A DNA stretch of 32,000 nucleotides from Ferroglobus placidus DSM 10642 (GCF_000025505.1 NC_013849.1:210001-242000); one strand, 5' to 3'. Shown: positions 17,430 through 25,991, numbered from the stretch's first letter. Notes: a model not told the origin generated them from the letters alone. A program made the numbers and translations.

Positions 17430-17962
17430 CTCCTGGGATATAGATCGTCCTTCTCTCGATGTCGATATTTTCAGGCTTAAGGCGGTAAACCTCCTCAGAA
17501 CGCATCCCTGATGTTGCCGCCAGCAATACGGCGGCTTTTAGCTTCAGATTGTATGGATAAGTTAGGGTTTCAATTTCTTTTATCAGATCTCTTATGTCTT
17601 CAACCTTAATAACAGCTTTCTTTCTCCGTTTAGGGATCTTCGGCAGTTCAATACTCTTTGCTAATGGATAATTTATAAATTTCAAGAATGCTCGGATATA
17701 GATAGTCAACCTCCGGGCGTAACGATGGGAGTACTTGGATTTTATTTCGTTTATATAAATAATAATAGCGTCATCTTTAAGATTAAAATTCAGCCATTTT
17801 AATAATTTTTCAGCTGAGCTGATATATCTTCTCTTTTCGTCGTTTGAGATATCTTTAAGTTGAATATGTTTTTTAAAACTCTCAAATTTTTTAAGAATCT
17901 GATCGCATGCGGGGGGAGGGATTTGAACCCTCGAACCCCTACGGGACGGGACCCTGAATCCC
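17425..17962 (-). pseudogene. Proximal part of integrase int(C), beginning in the att repeat
   Basis: GFRVPSRRGSRVQIPPPACDQILKKFESFKKHI...LLAATSGMRSEEVYRLKPENIDIERRTIYIPGG*; contains the catalytic Arg I motif GMRxxEVxxL and stops before the rest of the catalytic domain. Confidence 0.82.
17906..17962 (-). repeat. att repeat copy 2 (inside the intact tRNA-Leu plus 2 bp beyond it)
   Basis: 57-bp perfect match to 15280..15336; flanking bases diverge on both sides. Confidence 0.93.
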
Positions 17963-17992
17963 GCGCCTTTGTCCTGGCTCGGCAACCCCCGC
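17908..17992 (-). tRNA. tRNA-Leu (anticodon CAG)
   Basis: Minus strand GCGGGGGTTGCCGAGCCAGGACAAAGGCGCGGGATTCAGGGTCCCGTCCCGTAGGGGTTCGAGGGTTCAAATCCCTCCCCCCGCA: 7-bp acceptor, D-arm, anticodon stem CGGGA/TCCCG with loop TTCAGGG, long variable arm, TTCAAAT T-loop. Confidence 0.95.
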
Positions 17993-18040
17993 AGTTTTTA
18001 TGATTTACTTAACTACCGATTAAATAAGTTTGTGGTAATT

Positions 18041-20377
18041 TCACGCGATCTCCCAGTTCCTCATCAGGAACTTTCTGACGTCTTCAGATTCGACCCAGCC
18101 CTTTTCAATATCTCTCACGATCTCAACTATCTTCTTCACCTGCTCCTCAATTTTCTCTTTAATTTCCCCTTCTATCTCCTCTAAAAGTAACGTTATTGCG
18201 GCGAGCGGATTCTTTATTTTGTCAACGAGAGTCGCCAAGGTTACTATGTTGTCTTCAATTTGCTTCAAAGCTTTTATCCTCATCTCAAACAACCTCGCTT
18301 CTTGAATCGCTATTCCCAACTGACCGGCAAGAGTTTCCAAGAATTTGAACTTTTCCTTATCCTTTTCGCTAAAAGTTTTTCGAGTTGCCGCTAAAAGCAA
18401 ACCTACCTTCTCTCCCCTCGAAACCAACGGGATTGTCGCATAGCTTTTCAGTCCAGCTTTCAGGAATTCTACGTCAAGCTTCGTCATTTCTCCAAGTTCG
18501 AGAACGTTTTCAACGACTTTACTTTCCACCCCAGAAAAGAGTTCGGGGTTTAAATCGATTTTAACATCGGAATCGTGAACAACAAAGGGATCTTCTCCTA
18601 AGACTAAACAAGCTAAAAGATCAAAGCCGAGTTTTCTTCTTGCAAGTTGCAAAGCTTCGTAAATGGCTTCCTTCAACTCCTTGCCAGAAAGGATAGCGTG
18701 ATCGATTGAGCGGAGAATTTCCAGTCTTTCAAGAGCTTCTTTGATTTCCCTTTCATAGTTCTTTTTCTCTGTCACATCCTCGATTATGTTCAAAAAAGCG
18801 TAGGGCTTGTTATCTTTCGTGAGTAAAACTGGAAACACGTTTATCCACCTTTCTTCTCCGTCAACTTTTATTCTGAATTCGTAAACACCACTTTCTCCTC
18901 TTAAACCTCTGTAGAACATTTCTATGGCTCTGGAAAGTTCTTCCTCGTCGAAAATTCCTAAATCGATCCACTTAATTCCAATTACTTCTTCTCTTTTCAT
19001 CTTTACCATTTTTAGCGCAGCATCGTTGCAGTCAATAATTCTCATATCAGTTCCAGCGACGACTATTCCGAGGGGTGAGAATTCGAAAATGCTTCTGTAC
19101 AGCTCCTCACTCTCTTTCAGTTTTCTCTCAACTTCCCTAAGCTTCGTTACATCGAGCATCGATAAAACAACGCACCCGAAATCGGGGACTGGCGTTGCCG
19201 TTACAAAGACAATCCTTTCTTCACCGTCCTTCCTTAAGATGCTCACTTCCAAGTTCTCAGGAACGTAACTTGGATCGTAAAAGGCAAGTTTGTAAATTCT
19301 TAAAATTTCTTCTCTGTCGCTTTCGGAAAAAATTTCAACGAATTGTCTACCAACCAACTCTTCCTTACCATACCCGCTCAAATTTTCAGCGGCTTTGTTT
19401 GCGTAAATTATCCTTTCGTTACTCACCACGATAATTCCGGTTTTTGAACTTTCCACAATTGCCCTGTAAAGTTTCTCAAGCTTTTTTCTCTCTTCAGCCT
19501 CCCTTATTGATGTAACACCAAAAGAGACGACTTCTGCAACTTCTTTCAAAAGACCTACTTCATCCTCATCGAAAGCGTCCTTTTCAAAGGCGTAAATGTT
19601 GAGAGCTCCAATTACTTCGCCCTTCACTTTTAAAGGTAAAGCTATACTCGAACGATAACCTTTCTTTAAAGCCTTCTCCCTCCACGGAGCGAATCTCTGA
19701 TCCTTATCTATTTCCCTCACGATAACAATTTCTCCCGTTCTTATCGCAGTTCCCGTAGGACCTTTGCCAGTTTCACTCTCGTCCCAGGTAATCTTAATTT
19801 CGTAAGCGTAATCTCCCTCTCCAGCCTTTGCAACCGGCTGAACGCTCTTGTCTTCCTTCTTGTAACCAACCCAAGCGTAAGCGTATCCTCCCTCTTTAAC
19901 TATTATCTCACAAACGGCTTTGAGAAGAGCTTTCTCATCATCGATTTTGCTCACAGCCTGACTAACTTTGCTGAGAACCCTTAAAGCCCTCTCAACTCTT
20001 CTCCTTTTAGCTTCTTCTTCAGCGAGAACACCCTCGTAAATTTCAAAAATTTTATAGAAAATTTCAGGCTGTACGAAAGCTAATTTTACGATCATTTCTT
20101 GGGCTTCTTCACTTTCCTTCTTTTCCATTATCAGTTGAAGGAGCAATTTTATTCTTCTCGCAATATCTTTTATCTTTACTCCTTTTTTCAAAACATCTTC
20201 GACAAAAGCGTCATCAATCTCACTTACAATTTCTTCCGGGCTTCTCTTCCCTGAAAGAACCTCAAAAGCGATCTTTTTAACAAAGGTTATGTACTCCTCT
20301 CTAAATTCAGGAGGAATTTCTTTTCGAATTTCGTTCGTCCACTCCTCCAAAAGTTCGTTTATTATACCTCCATCCAT
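18041..20377 (-). CDS. GAF-PAS-PAS-GAF signalling protein with a HisKA-like tail but no HATPase domain
   Basis: GAF (ALLKAVCEIIVKEGGYAYAWVGYKKED...), two PAS domains (LYRAIVESSKTGIIVVSNERIIYANKAAENLSGYG; LYRSIFEFSPLGIVVAGTDMRIIDCNDAAL), second GAF, then LVDKIKNPLAAITLLLEEIEGEIKEKIEEQ... and stop. Confidence 0.85.
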   Translation of the reverse strand: MDGGIINELLEEWTNEIRKEIPPEFREEYITFVKKIAFEVLSGKRSPEEIVSEIDDAFVEDVLKKGVKIKDIARRIKLLLQLIMEKKESEEAQEMIVKLAFVQPEIFYKIFEIYEGVLAEEEAKRRRVERALRVLSKVSQAVSKIDDEKALLKAVCEIIVKEGGYAYAWVGYKKEDKSVQPVAKAGEGDYAYEIKITWDESETGKGPTGTAIRTGEIVIVREIDKDQRFAPWREKALKKGYRSSIALPLKVKGEVIGALNIYAFEKDAFDEDEVGLLKEVAEVVSFGVTSIREAEERKKLEKLYRAIVESSKTGIIVVSNERIIYANKAAENLSGYGKEELVGRQFVEIFSESDREEILRIYKLAFYDPSYVPENLEVSILRKDGEERIVFVTATPVPDFGCVVLSMLDVTKLREVERKLKESEELYRSIFEFSPLGIVVAGTDMRIIDCNDAALKMVKMKREEVIGIKWIDLGIFDEEELSRAIEMFYRGLRGESGVYEFRIKVDGEERWINVFPVLLTKDNKPYAFLNIIEDVTEKKNYEREIKEALERLEILRSIDHAILSGKELKEAIYEALQLARRKLGFDLLACLVLGEDPFVVHDSDVKIDLNPELFSGVESKVVENVLELGEMTKLDVEFLKAGLKSYATIPLVSRGEKVGLLLAATRKTFSEKDKEKFKFLETLAGQLGIAIQEARLFEMRIKALKQIEDNIVTLATLVDKIKNPLAAITLLLEEIEGEIKEKIEEQVKKIVEIVRDIEKGWVESEDVRKFLMRNWEIA

Positions 20378-20478
20378 TTACTATACCTCTATCCATCTAA
20401 ATTTTTAAAAATATTGCTACTGTTGTAACAGTTAAAATAAAAATAAAATTATTAAAAAATTGCCAAAATTTAAACTTC

Positions 20479-21642
20479 CTAAATTTTCTTAGCAAGTTTT
20501 TCAAGCTGCTCCTCCGTCAACGGCTCTCCGTAGAGAATTTGAGTCATGTCAGCTCCCGTTTTCATGTAGGTCCAGTTCTGATCGAAGGGCTTCACTGGGT
20601 TGTGAGGATCGGCTTTGTAGTCGAGGAAGTCGAGAACGAAAGCTTCGCTCCAGTTGGGGACGAGGGGAATTACTCCTTTCTTCCACTCAAGCTTTCCGCT
20701 GCTCTCGTTCCACTTCGTAATAATGATCTTTCCTGTTTCCTCGTACTCTTTCAAAGCCTCGTTTCCGTGGCAGTCGGAGCAGCTAACGTCCTTTGTTACC
20801 GTGTGAGCATAAAACGGCGCTACGACGTAGAACGTCTTATCCTTATACTGAACAGCCATAAACGTTGCTGAAGTGACTTTGCCGTTGAAGTTCATCAGTA
20901 TCTTGAATCCGCTTAGGGGGGCGTAGGGTCTCTTAACGTGAGCCTCTATTAAGCTGTCGAGGTGACAGTTGTAGCAAGAGATGACCGTCTTAACGTGGCA
21001 GGCTTTGCAATCCACTTTATCTCCGTGCAGCAAATGAGCAGTGTTCTTCGGCAGCTCTTTATGGCAGTTTTCACATTTCGCCTTTATTGCTCCTTCGAGC
21101 ATCGAATTGTATTCCTTTCCGTCTCCGTGAACGTCTAAAGCGTGACAGTTAGCACACCCCAATCCAGCTTTTCTGTGAACGTCTGAGAAAAGCTCGGGTA
21201 TATTCTTCTCGAGTTTTAATTCAGTAGCCTGCCTTCCGTGACATCCGAGACACACCTCATCCTTCACGTAGTCCCCCGGAGTTTTGTGGCAATCGTAGCA
21301 GTCCGGCTTATATTCCTCGGTTTTGATAGGCGTTCCGTCAGCTTTTGTCGGAGCGTGGCACTTCTTGCAGCCAAGCTCTTCTATTGAAATTCCGGTCAGT
21401 TTTTCAAATCCTCCGTTTTCAGCTGAGTAAAACGTCTCCTTTCCTTTCCTCGTGTAGTGGAGGCTCGTTAGAAAGAGTTTCTTTATTTCCTCCACCTTGC
21501 TCGGGGTTGGGGTCGGCGTTGCTTTTTCTGGCGTTGGTGTCGGAGTTGGCGTAGGAGTCGGTGTTGCTTTTTCTTGCTGGGCGCAGCCAGCCAGCAATAG
21601 AGATGCTACAACCAGAGCAACGACGATTGAAACTTTTTTCAT
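20479..21642 (-). CDS. Multiheme cytochrome c lipoprotein (8 CxxCH motifs)
   Basis: Lipobox LLLAGC; eight heme-binding motifs: CKKCH, CYDCH, CLGCH, CANCH, CENCH, CKACH, CYNCH, CSDCH. Confidence 0.93.
   Translation of the reverse strand: MKKVSIVVALVVASLLLAGCAQQEKATPTPTPTPTPTPEKATPTPTPSKVEEIKKLFLTSLHYTRKGKETFYSAENGGFEKLTGISIEELGCKKCHAPTKADGTPIKTEEYKPDCYDCHKTPGDYVKDEVCLGCHGRQATELKLEKNIPELFSDVHRKAGLGCANCHALDVHGDGKEYNSMLEGAIKAKCENCHKELPKNTAHLLHGDKVDCKACHVKTVISCYNCHLDSLIEAHVKRPYAPLSGFKILMNFNGKVTSATFMAVQYKDKTFYVVAPFYAHTVTKDVSCSDCHGNEALKEYEETGKIIITKWNESSGKLEWKKGVIPLVPNWSEAFVLDFLDYKADPHNPVKPFDQNWTYMKTGADMTQILYGEPLTEEQLEKLAKKI
21490..21590 (-). repeat. Low-complexity Thr-Pro repeat tract in cytochrome linker
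   Basis: Encodes EKATPTPTPTPTPTPEKATPTPTPS; boundaries approximate. Confidence 0.8.
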
Positions 21643-21811
21643 ATTTATCACCAAATTACTATTTAATTCGATTAAAATTTAAGCTTTTTCATAAACACTG
21701 TTAAATTTAACGATGTTTATCGATCGTAGCAAGCTTTCAAAAACAAAATTTAATTATAATAAGTTACAAATGTAAAATTAATATAACGTAGCTTGGCATT
21801 TAGAATTCCCG

Positions 21812-22780
21812 ATGAAGATTCAAATTCACGGTGCCGGAATGGCTGGCAGCTACTTGTACTTTCTTTTGAGAGACGAATTTGAAGTTGGGATAGATGACGT
21901 AAGAAACAAGCCGGATTGCAGATGCGCTTGGGGGATATCCTACAAAGAGGCGAAGGAGCTTTACAAAAAAATAGGCGTGAATTTAGACGACTACGTTTTA
22001 TCAAAACCTAAATATGCGATAGCAAACGGAATCAGGCTGAAAAACAAGTACGTCGTGATTTTCGACAGATCCAAGCTGCTTTCAGACCTGTGGAAAGAGA
22101 TGGAGTTCAAAAAAGTTGACGCCGATATAGAAGTTGACGCAACTGGCTATAAAAGAGCTTACCTTCCGAAGATAGAAAACGATAGAGTGTATCCGACAGT
22201 TCAGAGAATTGAAGTTCACGAGATGGAAGAGAACATCTACACCTACTCTTCACAGTTCGGCTACGCCTGGGCTTTTCCTCTCGGAGACGACAGGTGGCAC
22301 ATAGGTGCTGGGGAGAAAAGCTTGGAAAGGGCAAAAGCCTTAATAGAAAAGCTCAGAAGAGCTTACGGATTCGAGGAAAAGGAGGCTTCTTGCTCTTGCA
22401 CCTCCGGAGTACGACTTCTTCCTCCATCCAAGTGCCGTCCCTTCGTTAAATGCACTTGCATCGGAGTTGGAGAAGCGATAGGATGCGTGAGCGGATTCGG
22501 AGAGGGTAACGCTCCAGCTTTAAAATCGGCGGAAATTTTGAAAGACTGTTTAGTGGAAGAGAACTTCAACGATTACGAGAGGAGAATCCTGAAGGAGTTT
22601 AAGTGGATAGAAGTGGAACACAAGTTCGTCGATGCAGTGCAGCAAAACAAGATGATCAAAGCCCTCTTTTACATGCTTAGAGTGATGTCTATCGAGAGGA
22701 AGAGAAGCCTCTCGTACTCGCCGAAAGATATTTTATCAATAATTAAGTTGAGCTTCAACCCGGATGCGCAAAGTTTTTAA
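21812..22780 (+). CDS. Geranylgeranyl reductase-family FAD-dependent oxidoreductase (Cys-rich)
   Basis: Reduced dinucleotide motif GAGMAGSYLYFLLRDEFEVGIDD; DATGYKR; FGYAWAFPLGDDRWHIGAGE; GVGEAIGCVSGFGEGNAPALKSAEIL. Confidence 0.72.
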   Translation: MKIQIHGAGMAGSYLYFLLRDEFEVGIDDVRNKPDCRCAWGISYKEAKELYKKIGVNLDDYVLSKPKYAIANGIRLKNKYVVIFDRSKLLSDLWKEMEFKKVDADIEVDATGYKRAYLPKIENDRVYPTVQRIEVHEMEENIYTYSSQFGYAWAFPLGDDRWHIGAGEKSLERAKALIEKLRRAYGFEEKEASCSCTSGVRLLPPSKCRPFVKCTCIGVGEAIGCVSGFGEGNAPALKSAEILKDCLVEENFNDYERRILKEFKWIEVEHKFVDAVQQNKMIKALFYMLRVMSIERKRSLSYSPKDILSIIKLSFNPDAQSF

Positions 22781-22826
22781 TAAGCAGCAGAGAGGATTGC
22801 GTTAATTCACTCAAGTTGAGGCGATG

Positions 22827-22859
22827 CCCGTAGGAGGCGTTCGCCGTTAGCACTACGGG
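22827..22859 (+). promoter_or_regulatory. Putative ribosomal protein L1 autoregulatory hairpin in the rpl1 leader
   Basis: CCCGTAG-GA-GGC-GTTC-GCC-GTTAGCA-CTACGGG: 7-bp outer stem, asymmetric internal loop, GGC/GCC inner stem, ending 8 bp before the rpl1 ATG. Confidence 0.6.
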
Positions 22860-22867
22860 GTGATAGG

Positions 22868-23515
22868 ATGTTAGTTGAGAAGGAGAAGCTCGCTGAAGCG
22901 ATAAAAGAGGCAATAGAAAAAGCAAAACCGAGAAAGTTCGTAGAGACGGTAGAGATGGCTGTAAACTTGAGAGGAGTGGATATGAGAAAGCCTGAAAACA
23001 GAATAGACGCCGTCGTTTACTTACCTCACGGTCTCGGAAAGCCGAGAAAAGTTGGAGTGTTCGGGAGAGGAGAGGTAGCTGTGAAAGCCAAGGAAGCTGG
23101 AGCAGACGTCGTGCTCTCTCCGGAAGACATAGACGAACTTGCGAAGAATAAGAGGGAAGCGAAGAAGTTAGCTAACAGAATAGACTTCTTTATAGCTGAA
23201 GCACCTCTAATGCCGGAAATCGGTAAGAAGCTTGGACCGATTCTCGGTCCGAGGGGTAAGATTCCTCAACCGATTCCTCCCGCTGCAGATCCGACGCCGA
23301 TGATAAACAGGTTGAGAAAATCCGTTAGGATAAGGACGAGAGACAGAGTTACTTTTCACGCTCCTATCGGATCGAGAAATATGGAGCCTGAAAAAATAGC
23401 TGAAAACGCTCTCGAAATTCTTAAGGTTGTTGAGAACAAGTACGAAAACGCGAGCCAGGTTGTTAAGTCCGTATACGTTAAAACTACAATGGGTCCTGCC
23501 GTTAGGGTGATCTGA
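22868..23515 (+). CDS. rpl1: Ribosomal protein L1 (uL1)
   Basis: LVEKEKLAEAIKEAIEKAKPRKFVETVEMAVNLRGVDMRKPENRIDAVVYLPHG; GPRGKIPQPIPP. Confidence 0.96.
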   Translation: MLVEKEKLAEAIKEAIEKAKPRKFVETVEMAVNLRGVDMRKPENRIDAVVYLPHGLGKPRKVGVFGRGEVAVKAKEAGADVVLSPEDIDELAKNKREAKKLANRIDFFIAEAPLMPEIGKKLGPILGPRGKIPQPIPPAADPTPMINRLRKSVRIRTRDRVTFHAPIGSRNMEPEKIAENALEILKVVENKYENASQVVKSVYVKTTMGPAVRVI

Positions 23516-23516
23516 A

Positions 23517-24527
23517 ATGGCAGCCGTAACAGGACAAGTTCCCCAGTGGAAAAGACAGGCTGTTGAGGAAATCAAAAATCTCCTTAAAAGTTATCCAGTC
23601 GTGGCTATAGTCGGATTTAGGGGAGTTCCTTCACCCCAGTTTCAAAAAATAAGAAGGGACTTCAGAGAATTTGCAAGAATAAGAGTGGTGAAGAACAGCC
23701 TCTTGGAGAGAGCCCTCGACGAACTTGGTGGAGACTACGTAAAACTGAAGGACTTCATAGAAGACCAGACAGCAATAGTAGTAAGCGAAATGAACCCCTT
23801 CAAACTCTACAAAAAGCTCGAAGAGACGAAGGTTCCTTCTCCGCTGAAACCGAATCAGGTTTCTCCAGTAGATGTCGTAGTTGAAGCAGGTCCGACGAAA
23901 TTCCCTCCCGGTCCGATACTCGGTGAACTTCAAGCTGGAGGAATTCCAGCGGCGATAGAAAGAGGCAAAGTTGTTGTCAAGAATACCGTTACCGTTGTCA
24001 GAGCTGGAGAAGTCGTTAGACCAGAAGTTGCGAGAGCCTTGCAGCTTCTCGACGTTAAACCGATAAAGATAGGTTTGGAAACGAGAGCAATAATGGAGAA
24101 GGGAATAATCTTTACTCCAGAAGATTTAGCAATAGACGAAGCGAAAGTCTTCGAAGAATTCGTTGATGCTGCAAGAAGAGCACTGAACTTGGCTGTTAAC
24201 GCCGCATACGTGACTGAAGAGACGGCTGAGATTTTACTGGCGAAGGCTTTCATCGACGCGAAGAACCTTGCCATCAACGCTCTGATATTCGAGAAGGACG
24301 TGATGCCAGAAATACTTGCAAAAGCGTATTCAGAAATGCTCGCTCTTGCTTCTCTCCTGCCTGAAGATGCCCTCGACGAAGAGCTGAAGAAGCTTTTGGA
24401 AGGCAGAAAAGTTGAAGTTAAGGAAGAAGTGAAGGAAGAGAAGAAGGAGGAAGAGGAGAAGGAAGAGGAGGAAGAGGAAAAAGCTGAGGAGGAGGCTCTC
24501 GAAGGTTTAGGTGCTTTGTTTGGTTGA
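23517..24527 (+). CDS. rpl10: Acidic ribosomal protein P0 / L10 (uL10)
   Basis: VPQWKRQAVEEIKNLLKSYPVVAIVGFRGVPSPQFQKIRRDFR; acidic C-terminus [12 protein letters not shown]. Confidence 0.96.
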   Translation: MAAVTGQVPQWKRQAVEEIKNLLKSYPVVAIVGFRGVPSPQFQKIRRDFREFARIRVVKNSLLERALDELGGDYVKLKDFIEDQTAIVVSEMNPFKLYKKLEETKVPSPLKPNQVSPVDVVVEAGPTKFPPGPILGELQAGGIPAAIERGKVVVKNTVTVVRAGEVVRPEVARALQLLDVKPIKIGLETRAIMEKGIIFTPEDLAIDEAKVFEEFVDAARRALNLAVNAAYVTEETAEILLAKAFIDAKNLAINALIFEKDVMPEILAKAYSEMLALASLLPEDALDEELKKLLEGRKVEVKEEVKEEKKEEEEKEEEEEEKAEEEALEGLGALFG

Positions 24528-24539
24528 GAGGTGAGGTGA

Positions 24540-24860
24540 ATGGGAATGGAGTATGTGTATGCTGCTTTGCTGCTGCATTCAGCTGGAAAGGAGATAAACG
24601 AGGAGAACGTTAAGGCTGTACTCGAAGCTGCTGGAATAGAGGTGAACGAAGCGAGAGTCAAGGCTCTCGTGACCGCTTTGGAGGGCATAAACATAGACGA
24701 GGCTATAAGCAAAGCCGCTTTCGTAGCCGCTCCGGCAGCGGCTCCAGCTGCTCCAGCTGAGGAGGCTAAGGAAGAGGAGAAGAAGGAAGAGAAGAAAGAG
24801 GAAGAGGAAGAAGTGAAGGAGGAAGAGGTCCTCGAAGGACTCGGAGCACTCTTCGGATGA
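24540..24860 (+). CDS. rpl12: Ribosomal protein L12/P1
   Basis: [54 protein letters not shown]; Ala-rich hinge and GLGALFG tail. Confidence 0.95.
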   Translation: MGMEYVYAALLLHSAGKEINEENVKAVLEAAGIEVNEARVKALVTALEGINIDEAISKAAFVAAPAAAPAAPAEEAKEEEKKEEKKEEEEEVKEEEVLEGLGALFG

Positions 24861-25450
24861 AGAAAAAAGACCTTGAAATTTTTTTACAATCCCTTAAAGG
24901 TTTTAAAAATCCCAAAATTTTTCTTGAGCAATACGTAACTCCTCCAGCCCTCGTTGCGGAAATCGTTCTTTTCGCAAAAATGCAAAACGACCTCGATCTC
25001 GTTTTCGATCTCGGATGCGGAACGGGAATTATCTCAATAGCTTCCGCGTTACTCGGAGCTTTTTCCATCGGCGTGGATGTTGACAGGGAAGCTTTAAGCG
25101 TTGCAAGGGAGAATTCGAAGACGTGCGGAGTTCCGGTGGATTTCGTTTTATGCGATGTGGAAAATTTCAACGCGAAGAAGAAAGGAACCGTGATAATGAA
25201 CCCTCCCTTCGGAATTCAGAGAAGACATGCAGATAGAAAATTCCTCATGAAAGCTTTCGAAATAGCGGAAGTTATTTACACGATACACTCAGCCGGGAGT
25301 GAAGAGTTCGTGAAGAAGAAAGCTGAAGAAAACGGGTTTAAAGTTACCCACGTGTGGAAGTATTCGATACCGCTGAAAAGAACCTACGCTTTCCACGAAA
25401 AACCATATAAATACATACCTGTAGAAGTTTTTAGAATTGAGAGGTGTTAA
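24857..25450 (+). CDS. METTL5-like N6-adenine rRNA methyltransferase
   Basis: [15 protein letters not shown]; [17 protein letters not shown]; [19 protein letters not shown]. Confidence 0.85.
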   Translation: MKKKDLEIFLQSLKGFKNPKIFLEQYVTPPALVAEIVLFAKMQNDLDLVFDLGCGTGIISIASALLGAFSIGVDVDREALSVARENSKTCGVPVDFVLCDVENFNAKKKGTVIMNPPFGIQRRHADRKFLMKAFEIAEVIYTIHSAGSEEFVKKKAEENGFKVTHVWKYSIPLKRTYAFHEKPYKYIPVEVFRIERC

Positions 25451-25451
25451 A

Positions 25452-25991
25452 ATGAGAGCATTTCCCGGAGATTATCTCGGATGTAGCGAGGAATTTTTAG
25501 CTGGAGAAGGAGTTTACGAAGAAGACGGAAAAATTTACGCAGCCGTAGCCGGAAAGGTTGTCGTAAAAGATAGAAAGATTTCGATAAAACCGGAAAAGGA
25601 GATTCCAAAAATAGAGAAGGGTGACGAAGTTATAGGGAAAGTTGTAGATGTGAAGAAAAAGTTCGCCCTCGTTGAGTTGTTAAAAAAGGTTAACATGAAC
25701 AGGTCTCCTCCTTACTACGATTTGGCTTTGCTTCCAGCTTCGGAAATTTCGGAAAAATTTGTTGAAGACGTAAGCGAGTTTTTGAGCCACGAAGACATAA
25801 TCCTCGGCAGAGTTATAGACGAAAATCTGCGAATTTCGATTAAAGGGAAAAATTACGGAGTTATAAGCACGAAGTGCTCCTGCGGCGGAGAGCTAATTCT
25901 TGAAGAGGATAAGCTTAAATGTAGTAAGTGCGGCAAAACAAACAGGAAGAAGATTTCAAGCTACTACGGAGGTGCGTTCGAATGGAGATAA
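25452..25991 (+). CDS. csl4: Exosome complex RNA-binding subunit Csl4
   Basis: FPGDYLGCSEEFLAGEGVYEEDGKIYAAVAGKVV; C-terminal zinc ribbon CSCGG...CSKCGKT. Confidence 0.93.
   Translation: MRAFPGDYLGCSEEFLAGEGVYEEDGKIYAAVAGKVVVKDRKISIKPEKEIPKIEKGDEVIGKVVDVKKKFALVELLKKVNMNRSPPYYDLALLPASEISEKFVEDVSEFLSHEDIILGRVIDENLRISIKGKNYGVISTKCSCGGELILEEDKLKCSKCGKTNRKKISSYYGGAFEWR

Larger units (their letters stand above)
15280..17962 (-). mobile_element. Small integrated element in tRNA-Leu(CAG) with partitioned integrase; predicted excised circle about 2626 bp
   Basis: 57-bp perfect direct repeats at both ends, int(N) at one end and int(C) at the other, accessory/viral and TA-like cargo between. Confidence 0.88.

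Noticed and set aside
17963-17985. TTG start upstream of the att site for ORF 17425..17985 (MPSQDKGA...)
   Set aside because: This stretch is the 5' half of tRNA-Leu. The native integrase N-terminus is int(N) at the other end, so this start is a by-product of integration.
17969-18184. Plus-strand ORF of 71 aa over the tRNA-Leu and the GAF/PAS gene end
   Set aside because: Overlaps the tRNA and the 3' end of a confident gene on the opposite strand; no domain.
20419-20432. Short inverted repeat ACTGTT-GT-AACAGT upstream of the GAF/PAS gene
   Set aside because: Only 6-bp arms in AT-rich intergenic DNA; too weak to report as a regulatory element without comparative data.
21490-21590. Possible CRISPR-like or minisatellite array
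   Set aside because: The repetition is the in-frame codon repeat for a Thr-Pro linker, with no spacer/repeat architecture. No CRISPR array was found anywhere in the window.
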